Of a DNA stretch of 64,000 bases, positions 11,414 through 23,719 are shown one piece after another (the first letter of the stretch is position 1; every line of letters starts with the position of its first letter). This DNA is from an uncultured Nitrososphaerales archaeon. Lineage in GTDB: Archaea; Thermoproteota; Nitrososphaeria; Nitrososphaerales; Nitrososphaeraceae. Location: contig CAVOHZ010000006.1 of assembly GCA_963695855.1 (NCBI GenBank), forward strand, positions 1-64,000, in the 5' to 3' direction. Made by a program: the position numbers and the translations under genes. The notes beneath the pieces were generated by a model that saw only the letters and a program-made list of their open reading frames with translations, had not been told where the DNA came from and did not search any database.

Positions 11414-12460
11414 ATGACTAATGTAATGCTAAATAAAGGATCAACAACAACTATAGTATTATGTTCTATAATAATAACTAGTATATTAGTTACCTTCTGT
11501 CCAAAATTTTCATATTCAGAGGACGAGATCAGTGATTCTTTTGGTTCGAAGAATTCTGCTAATATAGAGCAAAAAAATAATCATGATCATAGTGATCTCG
11601 GTAAACACGATTTCACTTTTGCAGCAGTTGGAGATTGGAGTTGTAATAAAGAAGCAATAAAGACTGCTAGTAATATTCTGAATAGGAATCCAGAAATAAT
11701 ATTGGGATTAGGCGATTATTCCTACCAGGACAATATGAAATGTTGGAAGGATATTGTTGAAGGAATAGATCCTCAAATACTCAAAATAGCTTTTGGTAAT
11801 CACGAATTCGAAAGCAAATCATTAGCAAAACAGTATATGGATTATACTAATCTTGATAAACAGTATTATTCTTTTAATCATAACAACGTCCATTTTATAG
11901 CAATGTCTACAGAAGCACCTTATGAAGAGGGGTCAAAACAATTCAAATTTGTTCAGGATGATTTAATAAAAACAAAAGCTGATTCATCTATTGACTGGAT
12001 AATCGTATACTTCCATCAGGCAATGTATACTACCAAAAGTAATCACGAGGGATTAGAATCCTTTAGGGATACCTATCACAGTCTTTTTGAAAAATTTGGT
12101 GTTGATTTGGTATTACAAGGACATCTTCATAATTATCAAAGAACTTATCCACTATTATACAATGATGAGAATCCAGCAAAGCCTACCATCAGTCAAGCAG
12201 CAGTTTTAGGAGAAGGGTCGGGGGGAGAAGATTTGTATGTTGATTCCCAAGGTACAATTTTTGCAATAGTGGGTACTGGAGGAGCAGAATTTCACGAACT
12301 GGAAGATGAATCTTATTTTAATGCGAAGCAATTCGAAGAGTATGGATTTTTGGATATAAAAGTAGTAGACAATGGAAAGCGACTTGATGCGAAATTTTAT
12401 GGAAATGACGGCGAAATTAAAGACAAATTTAGTATAGAAAAATCTGCTTACGATAAGTGA
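11414..12460 (+). CDS. Secreted calcineurin-like metallophosphoesterase (purple acid phosphatase-like)
   Basis: GDW, GDYSY, GNHE, YFH, GHLHNYQR motifs; N-terminal signal/TM. Confidence 0.9.
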   Translation: MTNVMLNKGSTTTIVLCSIIITSILVTFCPKFSYSEDEISDSFGSKNSANIEQKNNHDHSDLGKHDFTFAAVGDWSCNKEAIKTASNILNRNPEIILGLGDYSYQDNMKCWKDIVEGIDPQILKIAFGNHEFESKSLAKQYMDYTNLDKQYYSFNHNNVHFIAMSTEAPYEEGSKQFKFVQDDLIKTKADSSIDWIIVYFHQAMYTTKSNHEGLESFRDTYHSLFEKFGVDLVLQGHLHNYQRTYPLLYNDENPAKPTISQAAVLGEGSGGEDLYVDSQGTIFAIVGTGGAEFHELEDESYFNAKQFEEYGFLDIKVVDNGKRLDAKFYGNDGEIKDKFSIEKSAYDK

Positions 12461-12772
12461 TAATCATAACCTCTGTCTTTACACACTCGAAGAAATTGGA
12501 TCCTAATAACGTTTTTCAAACATATTGGGTTTTTATTCTCTCGCTTTCTATCCTTTTTTTTTATGTTAATATTATTTCTAACCATAATAAAGCTATGCAA
12601 GAAACTACGAAGATATGTTATATATCTGGTGCCCACATATACAATATCTAGTACATGTCCCATTGAACAGCAAAACCTTATTTTATTAGATAGAAAGATG
12701 ATAAGCAAAAGAGCTTCGCTAGTCATATAAGAGAATAGATAACAGGAAAAACCTACTGTATTAATAAGGGCT

Positions 12773-13465
12773 TTATTCTTCCATACATAAACGTTTTGAA
12801 TCGTTGGACGAAATATTCTTGTCATATAAAGTCGTATTATTTCTTTTAATAATGTATATGGGATACAAATTGTCTTCTGTTATTTTATATTCTCGATGAT
12901 ATGAGAAACTATAATTAGTACTAAAAGTAGCAGCAGACTGAGATGTTAAAAATCTATAAAAGTTCAGTCCAATTGTAATTTCATTATAAACAGACAGCGA
13001 AGAATTTATTTTTGCACATATGTTCACTATTGGTCCAAACAAATCTATTTGATTGTAATCTCCTACTCTTGCCAAATCCACAATACCATAATCCATACTT
13101 ATTCTGTAGTCAAATGGTCGAATGCTATCTTTATAGAGTTCCTTATTAATTTCATGTCGTATATCAAGAATCTCAAATCCACAATCTAGTGCTTGATTAA
13201 ATGCTAATACACTGCTTTTATCATCATCAGATGTATTTGGAAAATAAAAAAATAAGGAATCGCCCATGTTCTTGATGATAATACCAGAATTCCTTTTGAC
13301 TATATCAGATACAGCGTTTATAAACATTGAATAATATTTTCGCATTTGTTCTAAATTGATCATTCTAAGTACTGATCCTGTCGAATTGACCAGGTCAATA
13401 AAACATATACAACATTTTTTTGAGTTATTGATAAATCTTATTTCGTTTGTAGGAATATGCTTCAT
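12773..13465 (-). CDS. Class III adenylate/guanylate cyclase domain protein
   Basis: FIDLVNST, IKNMGDSL, RISMDYG, DLFGPIVNICAKI. Confidence 0.85.
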   Translation of the reverse strand: MKHIPTNEIRFINNSKKCCICFIDLVNSTGSVLRMINLEQMRKYYSMFINAVSDIVKRNSGIIIKNMGDSLFFYFPNTSDDDKSSVLAFNQALDCGFEILDIRHEINKELYKDSIRPFDYRISMDYGIVDLARVGDYNQIDLFGPIVNICAKINSSLSVYNEITIGLNFYRFLTSQSAATFSTNYSFSYHREYKITEDNLYPIYIIKRNNTTLYDKNISSNDSKRLCMEE

Positions 13466-14529
13466 CTATCTTTTCTGATTTTCATATTACAACTAAACTA
13501 TTTAGGAAATTGCACTATTTTATAATAACATCAATATAGATTTATAAAATTCCTAGATAATTGCAATCATAATGTAGTAAAGGTTTGCCAACCTGGAAAA
13601 AATTATTGCAAGCACAGATTTTTACACTGTTTCAATACAAGTGCAAAACCAATAATGGATTTTACCAAATTTAGATGAAACTTTCATCAATTATGAGTTC
13701 AACAAATCTTCTGTGATACATGTTTTGTTCCTGCACTTTGAACTTTAAATCCTGTGGGAGCATACTTCTTGAAAAAACCTTCAGCAATTTGACATCTTCC
13801 CGCATGTCTATATATACAAACATACCTATTTTATCCTCTACTTTATTGCTACGTCCTATTTTAGATTTTGCCAAAAATGTGATGATTTCCTACCACCAAT
13901 TTGTTACTCTGCTTTTATTTGTTCTTTTTGCCAATTTATGTATATAGAGAAGGTCATTTAAATTAATATTGTTTTCATATGAATATCTTTTTTTTTACAG
14001 TTATAACAATGATTCATATTGGACTTATCTATTAAAATGGTAGCAAACCAACAACATGATTCACAAAACGCAAATTTACAATTGTATTTGTCATAGTAAT
14101 TTTTAGTTATAGTGACGGTTTGCTTATCAGACATTTTTCAATGACCCTTACCATCTAAATATGCTCTGAACTACGTTAACCTATCGGCTATATTTAATAT
14201 AGACTATATAAAATTAGGGTCTAGTAAAAGATAATTTTTTGATTTGTCAAGTACTAATCAATTATTTTCATTCTTCAATGGTAGCCATTATATATGATTC
14301 ATTCCAGATATATCAGCTTTTAACAAAATATAGTTAATGCTATTTACGATATTTTTACTATTTTCATTGTTAGAGTTGAAATTAGCGTCTTTTTTTAACT
14401 CATCTGGAATACTATTCAAACCATTCAAAAAAATTCTTTTTCTTCTGGTTTTCATCTGTGTACTATTCTTTGTTAAGCAGAACTTTAAAATTGATTGTTA
14501 TAAAACTTGTACGAGCATTGTAATATTCC

Positions 14530-15695
14530 ATCTAGTTATTCTTGTAAAATGATAATGATTAGTTTGACAAATCAATTTTATAACAACAGCTTTAGCTAAC
14601 CATCACGTCGTACATATTGTGAGTAATACCTATCTTAGAGAAATAAGTACAAAGGAAATGGATCACCTTCACTGGTTGCTCGATAACGATCCAGAATCAG
14701 GTTATCAAGCCAAAATGATCTTGCTTAGAGATGAAGGATACACAGTACCTGAGATACGAAGAATTACAAACCATCATGATAACAACATACGTAAATGGAT
14801 CCACAGATTCAATGGAAAAGGTATTGATGGTATTATATCTAGAAAACATGTACGTAATGCTCAAAAGATTACAGAAGATATAGAAAACAAGATTGTAGAG
14901 ATAGCATCTAACGATCCTCGGAGAAAGTACAAACTGAAATTCTCTACATGGTCATTACGTGTACTTGCAGGATACATAATGAAAGAAAAGAAGTTGGTAG
15001 AGAGTATCAGTCATACTGAAGTAAAGAATGTGCTGGTAAAACATGGTATTGAATGGAGGAATTCAAAGACAGTAATGGGTAAAAGCAGAGACCCTGAGTA
15101 TGAATTGAAAAAAAGAGAATTGAAGAACTAAGGTACAGTACACCTTCTGATTCCATCTTGCTATATGAGGATGAGAAAGGTTCTATTGCAGCAAAGACAT
15201 ATGGCGGTCCATCATGGTGTTCCACACAAGCCAAGGTAGAAAAGGCACAGAAGATAAAAGGTATTCTGAATGTATTTGGTATCTATGATCATACCAACGA
15301 TACAATGTTTACTCACTGTTATAAAACTAAGACCAGTGACCAGTTTATAGATTTTATAAAAAGAGTTGATTCCAGATATGATTCCAGTATAAAAACAATA
15401 TTTGTTGTATTAGATAACACATCTATACACAGGTCAAAAAAGACAAGAAATGCAATAACACGTTATCATCCCAGAATAGTTCCTGTATTCCTGCCAACCA
15501 GATCTCCAGAACTGAACCTGATAGAGGTAAGATGGATGTGGTTACAGAGACAGGCCATAAACAATTCTACATTTAGAAATGAATCTGATATTGGAAAAGC
15601 AGTATCTAATTGGACATGTAACTATAACACTAATCATAGAAATACAACTAGAAACAGTTTACATAATGAACTCATCTATTTATTCACATAACTTA
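14530..15695 (+). mobile_element. IS630-family element (orfA 14619-15131, orfB 15158-15691)
   Basis: Homologous to 3590-4784. A-run frameshift site near 15107-15116, right end cacataact. Left boundary approximate. Confidence 0.88.
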
Positions 15696-15773
15696 CGTCA
15701 ATAGCGATTTTCTTTGGTATTTAGACTATATGATTGTTAATTTTTTTAATCATTGTGGCAAATTATTTTCTCA

Positions 15774-16162
15774 TTATTCCACACATATTCCTGGAACATG
15801 GACCTTCCTGAATAAATGTGGCGAGACTACTAAACTATCATCATCATATTTTAAAGTAACGATTGTGTTTCAGAACTAAACAATATTTTGTTGATCGCTT
15901 CCTTATAATGCTCTATAGATTCCCAAACTGCATAATTGATTAATACACTACTTTTTTCAATCCCTTTGTGCAGTTGTGTAGAAATAAATCCTGGTTGCTG
16001 TTTAAAGTTAGCAGTATCCTCTGTCCAATCCTTTAAAAACTGTTCAACCTTGTGTGGTTGTACATTGAAATTGTTTATCAGAATTGCTGAGCCCTTTATT
16101 TCTTTTTCTTCAATCTGATCCTTAAATTTTACTCTCTCGTCAATTTCTACAAATTTTGCCAT
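15774..16162 (-). pseudogene. ABM monooxygenase with 3' frameshift
   Basis: FKQQPGFISTQLHKG..INYAVWES. The conserved-looking tail SPHLFRKVHVPGICVE* lies in another frame at 15774-15850. Confidence 0.7.
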
Positions 16163-16689
16163 AGTAATACAATATAGTAGTAACTAATAGAATAAAGGAT
16201 TTCTTTTCTTACTACAATAACAGAAACCCTATTTAGGTGGGTATTTAAGGTCAAAGCAGAGAAGTAGTTAAGAAAAAGTTTACCTTTGTCAGAAATGAAT
16301 GATAGAAAGAAAAAGTTTGTGAAAGATAATCAATTGTAAAGAGGCTATAATTTAATTATAATTTAGGAATAGTATAATGTTCTATTCTAAAACCTGTCTC
16401 TATATACATTAACTTATTTCAATATAAGGCGCAGTGTACTATGTACTACAAGAGTAAATAGCAGAATGTTACTAAAAAATTATAACAATGTATGTAGAAA
16501 AAACTAAAATCAAAAGTTATGGTACATTCATAATGATGACATTGATTATAGTGTTTATTTCAGCATTAGCAATAATATCAATGTACGATCTTTTTGTTTA
16601 TGATATTACAAATAATCTTAGTGAACTATGTACACGGTATAGCTTCCTTGTATCTCCAGGCTGTTAATATTGTTTTGTCTAATATTAAA

Positions 16690-17250
16690 GCCAATGATAA
16701 TAATGATGGATCAAGTAACTGCAAGTTGATTCATACAGACTTCACGGAAAAGGAGAAGGATTATAGATGATAATTCTATGTACCTCATTCTGACTGACCA
16801 CCCCTCATAGGCTTGAGCTTGACGAACTTGCCATTTATGACGGGCTGTGAATGTTAGCTGATAGAGTATTGAAACAAGATAGTAGTCTTGTCTTTTTTTG
16901 TAGATCATCTAATTCTGGATAAAGTTATACGGCTTTGATGATAATAATGATAATCTGAAATATTGGTCGGTTTTTTGCGGTAAGTATACGGAAATCCTTA
17001 CAAGGTATATCGAAGACACGTTTATGCAGAATGGAATCCAATGTCAGGGTATGTAAAAGGAGAAAGAGCAAATAACTTTACATTATCTAATACAATTGGA
17101 GTCCATATTTATTGAGGCTAAACCTTCACCTAAAACATTTCAGGACTGGGAACAGTCTTCGGTTGAACCAGAATATATTATAAAAAATCTCACAATAGAA
17201 AATCAGAAGGTATTGGACCCCGATGATAAGATCAGGCACTTATTTTAGCA
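16690..17250 (+). pseudogene. Degraded N6/N4 DNA methyltransferase
   Basis: Fragments IDDNSMYLILTDHP (cf. DLILTDPPY), DRVLKQDSSLVFF, WEQSSVEPEYIIKNLTIENQKVLDP (cf. VLDPxxGSG), with stops and frameshifts. Confidence 0.65.
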
Positions 17251-17339
17251 TTAGTTAATCTAATATTTTATCATTTGATGTGTAAAAAATTTCCTATTGA
17301 TCGAAAAAAATATCAAAAAAATGAAAATGAAAAGCTAAT

Positions 17340-17771
17340 TTAATCATCCCTTATGTAGTCTGCATCCAGTGTTATTCTGCTTGGTTGGCTTTCAGACTTA
17401 AAGGTGTCTGTCCAACACGATTCTTCTCCAGCTCCACTCTTGAACTCCATACAGACAATGAACTGCGTTCCTGCCTTTACACTACCATCTACGTCAACAT
17501 CGTCATTATCAAATTTAAATGTGTGTTTAACTTGTGCAGCTGTTTCATCAATAGGACCAGGACTGCCTTCAATTTTTTTATCCTTATCCTCATGAGCACC
17601 TGGGTTTGGTATATATGCTGTAAGTTCTATATCTCTACTTTTGACATTTTCTACTGTTACTATAATATATCTGCCATCTTCATCCTTGAGCGCGTGTACG
17701 TTACCCAATGGAAAAATATTCATTACTATAACGCCCAGAGCTATGGATATTGCCAAAGCCTTCATATTCAT
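17340..17771 (-). CDS. Secreted two-Cys protein, paralog 2 of 3
   Basis: Close to 29944 (DGRYIIVT.ENVKSRDIELT, CxEFKSGAGExSCWTDT, LDADYIRDD). Confidence 0.85.
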   Translation of the reverse strand: MNMKALAISIALGVIVMNIFPLGNVHALKDEDGRYIIVTVENVKSRDIELTAYIPNPGAHEDKDKKIEGSPGPIDETAAQVKHTFKFDNDDVDVDGSVKAGTQFIVCMEFKSGAGEESCWTDTFKSESQPSRITLDADYIRDD

Positions 17772-18963
17772 TGGTATATATTACCTTAAAGTAGATATAT
17801 AAATAATTCGTAGCATTTTTCAGAAAAATCTGTCTCTAATAATTGGTTAAATATAAATAATGAATATATATTTCGTGCATGTCTATTTATGACTCTGTAA
17901 AAAATTATAAATTATCAGGACCTACTTCATCAAACAGGAAAACATAGTATCTATATTGTTTGATTACATTTTCTGTGATTAACTATATAGAAATATCATG
18001 TGTTAAAGAAATTCTTTACAAGGTTTCTAAAATATTGCCATATATCAACAAAGATTCTTGTGATTCGATTTATAAATTTTAAATATACAGAGAAAGCAGA
18101 ATCCAAGGCAAGACTTACTCCGTACTTTAGAAGGTCAAGACAATGCATGTCTCTATATTTGTTTCATATCCTAATTTATTTAGATTGATAATAGTTTTTA
18201 TTATCATCTGTATCCATCTAGTTATTTTCAAAGTGCACGCACGCAGTATAATTCAGAAAATATTACACATATTTTGCTTTAGGTAATTATTCTAGTAGAT
18301 ATGTTAGATTATGTCCTACAAGTATCGTTATCTCGTCTTGTTCGTATGTCTCACAAAAGTTGCCTATCACTTGATTTGTACCTTGGATAAAAATGCCTAT
18401 CAAATCCTAATTTGTGTTGCTAGTCTTTAATTTTCTCTTAAAATAATGATATGCCATATAAATTTGCATTTGGATTAAAATAGAATATGAAACAAGTTTT
18501 ACTACCTTATTGACTTTGGAAATAACTCGTTTTTCAGAACGAAATTATTCCAGTGAAAAAAAGTAATCATAATAAATGACGGTACTTTTAAATGCTCTAG
18601 TTACAATAATCTGCCAAAACCTGTGCAATTATGGTACATCCTAGCTAAAATTGCTTTCGAGTAAGCAACTTCTAAAAATAGAACCAATGAATCAGTTACT
18701 CAGGAAATCATTATGAATTAGCAATTTTCTGAAATTATTTATTTTAAAGTATATAATTCGAAACATAAAAACGAAAAGCTTCGAGATAAGATATTCTTCA
18801 GTTTCCTTGAGGGAAGTTATTCTAAAGTGACGGAAAGTAAATATATGTGCTATTTGACAATTTGGAAAAAAATTCTTTTGCTATGGTCTTGGTTTAATCA
18901 AGAAATTATACCTATTATTATAAATATGAAATTGCATTTCTAAATATTCTTTTAATAGTCTAC

Positions 18964-20095
18964 TATACCAATTAAGATAAATATGCTTACTCACCTCCAA
19001 CCAGGTAATTTCTCATATTCAGATTGAATCTTTTTGTTCTAAAATATGTAGATATTTTAATTATGAAATCTGTAAATGACCGATAGTATTGTAGGACAAG
19101 CAGATGGTTTTTGGCTATATTCCAGCATTCTTCCAGTACCATAAATTCTGGAGATGCTGTTGGAAGATATACTGGAATCAGATCCTTTTTGTGTTTGTCA
19201 AAATATTGCAGTACCTTTTTTGATTTATAGTGTTGTTTTGCTTTATCCAGAAATATATAACATTTTGGAAATTTCCTGTGTATCTGTTTTAGATAATTAA
19301 GAAATGTATTTTCATCAAACCAGTCATATTGCCTGAACAGTTGTTTTCCTTCTAAACTTGTGGCACCAAATAGAACTGACGCCTGATGAGATCCATTAAT
19401 TCTCACTACTGGTCTTTCATCTTTTCTTATCCAGACTCTTCTTACAAGAGAGTCAAAGAAAAAGAATGATTCATCAGTAGATACTACTGTAAATCCTTCT
19501 TGGAGATTATCCAGTATCTTTCTTGCTCTTTTTTAAAACCTTCTTTCTCTTCTTTTGGTGCAGTGTTTACATGTACTTTTCTAGGTACTTTCTGTTTGAA
19601 TCCCCATCTGCGAAGTAAGGTGTAGATGTAAATATGATGGTAGTGTATACCGCTATCTCTGACTATGATATCATAAACCTGTTTTGTAGTCCATCCCTGT
19701 TTGCTAGACGACAGTTTATTTTTTATCTTGTATACTGTCTCTTCTGGTATATCTGGTGGTCTACCACTTTTTGATCTGTTTTTTAATCCTTCTATACCTT
19801 CTTCCCTGTACCTCTTTAACCAATCAGAAGCCCATGTTCTGCTTCTGTGGAGATCTCTTGCAACCTGTGCAGGAATATGTTTGTCATATACTACGTTTAA
19901 CACAAGCAACATTCTTTCCTTTACACCTGCATCAGATTCTCGTTTATACAGTTGCTCAAATCTTGTTCTAGAAAGATTGTTGCTCTCAATCAAATGATAA
20001 ACTGTATGCTTCCTTTCTTAGCTAAATCTATTATTGTCTAAAGTGTATGACCATGATGTTAAATTAATGTCAGCATAATTATATTAATTGGTATA
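18964..20095 (-). mobile_element. IS630-family element (orfA 19484-19993, orfB 18987-~19530)
   Basis: TIRs tataccaatta / taattggtata; STDES, LDKAKQH, PTASPEFMVLEE. Confidence 0.92.
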
Positions 20096-20464
20096 GATAG
20101 CCTATAGTTGAATATAGATTGAAGTATATATGTTATTTTAAAGTAGATTATAATTTTTCATTTTTAGCAATCATAGATAATATAAGTCTGTATGGTCTCT
20201 ATAGACTTACTTTAATACCAAGCATAAAATATTAGCTTGATGGTAAATCCAGTTATTTTATGATATATTGTTTAGTAATACTTGTATTAAATTAATTATA
20301 TTAAATTAAATAACATAATATTATACTTTTTTTCCTAAATATTTTATGTTACATATATTTCTATATACAAATACGGAATATTATAGCTCTATATACATGT
20401 AAGTCATCTATGATCATTTCTCTTTTATGATCCGTAGGGCTATACTAGGCTCCATGCTATTAAT

Positions 20465-21502
20465 ATGAATGTAAATAAAAGAACAATATCTCTTCCAATA
20501 TTATGTTTTATAATGTTAATGAGTTTGTCAATTAATTTCTTCTCCGTAACATCTTATTCGGAAGAGACAGTTCGCGACTCTATTAACGTAAAGAAGTCTG
20601 ATAATTTAGAGAATGGAAAGCATTATGATGTTATCGATAAGCATAAACACGATTTCACTTTTGCAGCAGTTGGAGATTGGAGTTGTAATAAAGAAGCAAT
20701 AAAGACTGCTAGTAATATTCTGAATAGGAATCCAGAAATAATATTGGGATTAGGCGATTATTCCTACCAGGACAATATGAAATGTTGGAAGGATATTGTT
20801 GAAGGAATAGATCCTCAAATACTCAAAATAGCTTTTGGTAATCACGAATTCGAAAGCAAATCATTAGCAAAACAGTATATGGATTATACTAATCTTGATA
20901 AACAGTATTATTCTTTTAATCATAACAACGTCCATTTTATAGCAATGTCTACAGAAGCACCTTATGAAGAGGGGTCAAAACAATTCAAATTTGTTCAGGA
21001 TGATTTAATAAAAACAAAAGCTGATTCATCTATTGACTGGATAATCGTATACTTCCATCAGGCAATGTATACTACCAAAAGTAATCACGAGGGACTAGAA
21101 TCCTTTAGGGATACCTATCACAGTCTTTTTGAAAAATTTGGTGTTGATTTGGTATTACAAGGACATCTTCATAATTATCAAAGAACTTATCCACTATTAT
21201 ACAATGATGAGAATCCAGCAAAGCCTACCATCAGTCAAGCAGCAGTTTTAGGAGAAGGGTCGGGGGGAGAAGATTTGTATGTTGATTCCCAAGGTACAAT
21301 TTTTGCAATAGTGGGTACTGGAGGAGCAGAATTTCACGAACTGGAAGATGAATCTTATTTTAATGCGAAGCAATTCGAAGAGTATGGATTTTTGGATATA
21401 AAAGTAGTAGACAATGGAAAGCGACTTGATGCGAAATTTTATGGAAATGACGGCGAAATTAAAGACAAATTTAGTATAGAAAAATCTGCTTACGATAAGT
21501 GA
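20465..21502 (+). CDS. Secreted metallophosphoesterase, second copy
   Basis: Protein identical to 11414-12460 from HDFTFAAVGD to the end; different N-terminus. Confidence 0.9.
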   Translation: MNVNKRTISLPILCFIMLMSLSINFFSVTSYSEETVRDSINVKKSDNLENGKHYDVIDKHKHDFTFAAVGDWSCNKEAIKTASNILNRNPEIILGLGDYSYQDNMKCWKDIVEGIDPQILKIAFGNHEFESKSLAKQYMDYTNLDKQYYSFNHNNVHFIAMSTEAPYEEGSKQFKFVQDDLIKTKADSSIDWIIVYFHQAMYTTKSNHEGLESFRDTYHSLFEKFGVDLVLQGHLHNYQRTYPLLYNDENPAKPTISQAAVLGEGSGGEDLYVDSQGTIFAIVGTGGAEFHELEDESYFNAKQFEEYGFLDIKVVDNGKRLDAKFYGNDGEIKDKFSIEKSAYDK

Positions 21503-21877
21503 TAATCATAACCTCAGTCTTTACACACTCGAATAAATTGGATCCTAATAACGTTTTTCAAACAATTTGGGTTTTTATTCTGGAGCCAAGAACATTTTGT
21601 ATAGCTTGAATATTATGAATTTGAATTAAATTGGATCGGTTAGATCTATGATACTAGTTATAAGTCATTTCAATAATACTGCATGTAGGTTTCTTGTCAA
21701 AAAATTGTTTCTTATTGTTGAACTTGAAAGTTAAACATTTACTCTGATTATCTTATATTTTCTAATTATCGAATTAAGCAAGCAAATAGTTTCTCATATT
21801 TATATTGAATTATTGTGTCCTAAAATAAACGATATTATCTTTTTAAAATTGTAAAAGATGAATTATAGTATATAACA

Positions 21878-21952
21878 AGCAGATCGTTTTTAGCTATATG
21901 CCAAATTTCTTCCAATACCATAAATTCAGGAGATGCTGATGAAGGTATACAT
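21878..21952 (-). mobile_element. Short IS630 internal fragment
   Basis: agcagatcgtttttagctatatgcca..ccataaattcaggagatgctg matches 51265-51325 and 19100-19160. Confidence 0.7.
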
Positions 21953-22214
21953 CTATTTGAGATGGTTATACTTTGTAATTCAGCAGGGAAAATTAACTGG
22001 AAATACGACTAGTAAAATCGTGGGATTTGGACATTATCTTGCACCTCTCTATTTCCTTCATAATTTCTATAGGTCTTTCTATAGTAAGGTTGAGCTTCCC
22101 TCAGTAAACCGGTCCTGTGTTATCGTCTAATGCAATATAGTATGCCTCTACTGTTTGTGAATGTGCCATAATAGGAGATATATTTATTGTCTTTGTGGGT
22201 ATTAGTAATGTAAT

Positions 22215-22685
22215 TCATTTTTTCTTTATGGCTTTTCTCTCAATCTCAATCTCAATCTCAATCTTATTTAAAGATCTGTTGATATACTTTTTTACATCTT
22301 GCAATAATTCTACCAGTATTTTTTCCTTTGAGACACTATTTTTATTGGTTTCCAATTCACTATTATAATATTTCATCCATGAATATGTTCTTTGAATATT
22401 TTGGAACAATTCAAATGAAAGAAGTGAATGTTTACCAGATAGAATTATAGCATCCCACATATCAGTAAAAAAAGGTTTATAATCTTTGTAATTAATTGAT
22501 TCCTCTATAAAACGTAATCTTTGTTCAAGGTCGTTTTTGATAAATAGGAAAATATTACTTCTAGTCTTTTTATCCTCTTGTTGTTGAGTCCTTTTATATG
22601 CCCAATGTTCTATGTATACTGCAAACCAAATTATTGCTGCAAGAAGTATCATTTCTACTACTAAGCTATCCCATTCTATTGCCAA
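22215..22685 (-). CDS. Hypothetical single-TM membrane protein
   Basis: N-terminal TM helix, clean 156-aa ORF. Confidence 0.7.
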   Translation of the reverse strand: MAIEWDSLVVEMILLAAIIWFAVYIEHWAYKRTQQQEDKKTRSNIFLFIKNDLEQRLRFIEESINYKDYKPFFTDMWDAIILSGKHSLLSFELFQNIQRTYSWMKYYNSELETNKNSVSKEKILVELLQDVKKYINRSLNKIEIEIEIERKAIKKK

Positions 22686-22888
22686 ATTTTCTTACTAGAT
22701 AGGTATTTTGTATATAAAAGATAAAGATTATTATATAGAAATCTTTTAAATTTTTATTTTTTAGATATTAGATTTTTTAAAAAAATTAACAGTAAAACAA
22801 TTCAAGATATTCTATGAAGTTACTAAATAGTAAGTAATGTTTAATACCTAGAATAAAGGAAAATAAATTATTATTACAGTCGCATCTA

Positions 22889-23719
22889 TTATTTCATAAA
22901 GCTCTTGATTCTTATGAGAAAAGAATCTTTTGTTAGGTGTAAACGTCTTTTAGAAAAGTTCAGAAATTCTCCATATTTCAATCTTCTGTTTTCTGTTTCA
23001 GTATTTATGATTTCTTGAATTTCCCTATTTGGTTCTAGTGATTGTAAATAATTTATGGTTATATCAAAATCGTGGATACAGCCAAGATGATCCTGAATTT
23101 TTTCAAAAATCTTTAGTAATTCTATTGCTTCTGTATTTTCTTCAGGTAATAATTCTAACATATATCTCATTTTTTTACAGTCTTTTCTTAGTTGATGTAA
23201 TTCTTCTATTTTTAGAGCATTAGTTATAACAATAGGAAAGTTTAACTCTATATTTGAAATGAAGCTTGATAGAACTTTATTATATCGTTTCTGCAATTCT
23301 TTTTCTGTAATATTCATTTTATCTATAACTTTATTAGAACCGAGATCCTTTAGCGAGATTGCCATCGTTTCTGCTATTTCTAAATTTGATTGTCTATCTT
23401 TTTTAATAGAATCTATAACTACGTCCCTTTGGCTGCTTTGCGGATAATTATTTAATTTCTGAAAAATAATGTCGTAATCTCTGATTTTACTATTAACTTT
23501 AAAAAATTTATTTGCAATTTGATTATATTCTGATAGTAATATTGGTCCGGCTCTGTATTTTTTAGGTAATGACAAAAACGTGGAGTTGAATCTTCGAACC
23601 GAAGTTCTTACATCGTGGATGTGTTTATCATTAGGATTTTTGATATATGCTTTAGTTCTACTATTTAATCTTTCAATGCTCTCATGTAGCTTCGTTAAAA
23701 ATGGTAATAGAGTGAGCAA
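22889..23719 (-). CDS. CHAD domain protein (polyphosphate-binding)
   Basis: IHDVRTSVRR, IRDYDI, LHQLRKDCKKMRY, QDHLGCIHDFD. Confidence 0.92.
   Translation of the reverse strand: MLTLLPFLTKLHESIERLNSRTKAYIKNPNDKHIHDVRTSVRRFNSTFLSLPKKYRAGPILLSEYNQIANKFFKVNSKIRDYDIIFQKLNNYPQSSQRDVVIDSIKKDRQSNLEIAETMAISLKDLGSNKVIDKMNITEKELQKRYNKVLSSFISNIELNFPIVITNALKIEELHQLRKDCKKMRYMLELLPEENTEAIELLKIFEKIQDHLGCIHDFDITINYLQSLEPNREIQEIINTETENRRLKYGEFLNFSKRRLHLTKDSFLIRIKSFMK

Noticed and set aside
12448-12825. 125-aa minus-strand ORF after the cyclase
   Set aside because: Low-complexity, partly inside duplicated 3' flank DNA, no motif
13671-13874. 67-aa ORF
   Set aside because: No recognisable motif; probably a gene remnant that I cannot assign
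22238-22264. (ctcaat)n microrepeat
   Set aside because: Short slippage repeat encoding IEIEIE; no evident function
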